A stretch of DNA of 64,000 nucleotides, taken from NCBI GenBank assembly GCA_010909165.1, contig MU008169.1:62001-126000 (forward strand), read 5' to 3'. Positions 62,677 through 64,000 of the stretch are shown piece after piece. This stretch comes from Anthoceros angustus (Eukaryota; Plantae; Anthocerotophyta). The notes beneath the pieces were generated by a model. That model saw only the letters and a program-made list of their open reading frames with translations. It was not told the origin of the DNA and did not search any database. Numbering within the stretch: position 1 is the first letter of the stretch; every line of letters begins with the position of its first letter. A program made the translations under genes and the position numbers.

Positions 62677-63639
62677 CCTTCCTCCAGGCTCCCAGCGGCC
62701 AGGGCGCCAGGGCGGGGACACAAGTCCAAGGCCCAGATTGAGCTGCTGATGGTGATGTACAAATAGTCTGAAGCCGTTGCTGCTGGCTTCCCTCTGAATG
62801 GGGAACTGTTCACCTTGCGTCTTAGTTGCACATCGGCTCGATGAAGATCCTGCTGGCCATGGATTCTTTCTGCTGCACTTGGCGGTACAGATCAAAGGGT
62901 GGGCAAGGACTGGTGAGTATCTCCAAGGGGACAGGTAGCAGTTATCCAGGACTATTTTCTATTACGTTCCCCCTTGGAACTGTTGCCGAAGCGAAGCGAC
63001 CCTGACATGCAAGCTCCCGGTTCGTGGCAGCGTGTGGGATGCCCCATAGGATTTCTACATACTATCGCAGCACGAGGCCGACTCCTGCACATATGTTGGG
63101 ATATGGGGTTTGGTATCACTCCTCGATTTCCCTGTTCCTTCCAAGCAGGTGAGGTAGCCAAGCCAAGCCCATCCGTAAGATGATGGCGGGCCTGGGGAAG
63201 CGAGTCCGCTCCGGAGGCTGGCCAATTCAGGGAGGCTCGGTGTCAGGAGCCAGGACAGTTCCAACGGCTGGTGGTGGCTCCGGCTCGCCCACCACTGGCA
63301 TTCGGCTGGCGGCCTGCAGAGTGCAGCGCCTGGCGTAGACGCATCACACATCACAACATTGATGCGGGCGGGCCAATCATGGCAACACACGGCAACATGT
63401 GTGTGGAACACACAAGAGTAGGAATGCAAGATTGCAGACGAGATTGCTCGAACTTGCGCAGCGCAGTCAAACTTCCCTTCCCGCTGGATCTCTACAGTTA
63501 CATACATACATCAAGGTGAGGCGGTGAGGCGGGACAGGGGACTTGAGCCACACAAAGTCGGGTGGCGGGCGACCGGCGGCGCGCGCGACCGAGGCGCGGG
63601 CGACCGCCGGTCGTGCATGCTAGGAGAGGCGCCTGAAGA

Positions 63640-64000
63640 GCACCTGGAAGCGCGAGGCCCGAGCTGCAAATGCGCAGCTCGCACGCACCGAAGGCAGCGA
63701 CGACTGCAGCGGCCTCAGCAGCGGCAGCAGAGCGATGGTGACGGCGATGGCGATGGCTGCCAGCCTGCGGCAGCCCCGCCATTGCCACAGCCGCCGCGGC
63801 TCGCATTTGCCCGAGAGCGGCTCTATCATCCCAGGCTCCGCCGGCAGCGCGCCCTGTCCCTCTTCTTCGCGCTCCCTCGGGCGGGCGCTGGCGGTGCCAT
63901 GGCCGGCGCGGCCCGCGGGGAGCAGCAGGGCGGGAGGAGCGGCAGGCGCGGCCCGCGGTGGCCATGGCGGATTCGGACGCTGCGGAGGAGGAGGCGGGGC
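63640..64000 (-). CDS. Probable part of a GC-rich minus-strand gene entering from beyond the right edge; Pro-rich stretch followed by a hydrophobic segment
   Basis: One frame is open to the window end: APPPPPQRPNPPW..MIEPLSGKCEPRRLWQWRGCRRLAAIAIAVTIALLPLL..RASRFQ, with a possible GT donor. No family recognised. Confidence 0.3.

Noticed and set aside
63498-63965. 155-aa Arg/Ala-rich minus-strand ORF, and a plus-strand ATG at 63964
   Set aside because: Very GC-rich DNA leaves several frames open, the composition looks like an off-frame translation, and the coding frame cannot be settled within the window.

Overview
Eukaryotic (land plant) nuclear DNA with compact genes and short (mostly 80-120 nt) GT-AG introns. 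This suggests a seed-free plant such as a lycophyte or hornwort, which is an inference only. Left half (1-34.3 kb): a head-to-tail array of about 8.3 kb units, at least 4 copies and open at the left edge. Each unit copies the region upstream of the adenylosuccinate synthetase gene (PURA) plus the start of its exon 1. In three copies that exon is split by a 2.1 kb insert, and the fourth copy runs without the insert into the intact PURA gene. Units carry private microhomology-flanked internal duplications and minisatellites. They differ mainly at CG/CHG sites, a pattern that may reflect long-read errors on methylated DNA. Right half: PURA, a convergent gene of unknown function, a decayed tandem duplication of the PURA/unknown gene/MBF1 block with THG1 lodged inside the PURA relic, and MBF1c. 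These are followed by a cluster of double bulb-lectin receptor kinases (2 intact, 1 relic) interleaved with two intact AT-rich 4-exon genes encoding a divergent methyl-CpG-binding (MBD)-like domain, an XH-domain (IDN2/FDM-like) pseudogene, and an LCBK2-like sphingoid base kinase. The best novelty candidates are the MBD-like gene pair in the receptor cluster and the amplified PURA promoter array. All calls are by eye; no database search was run.
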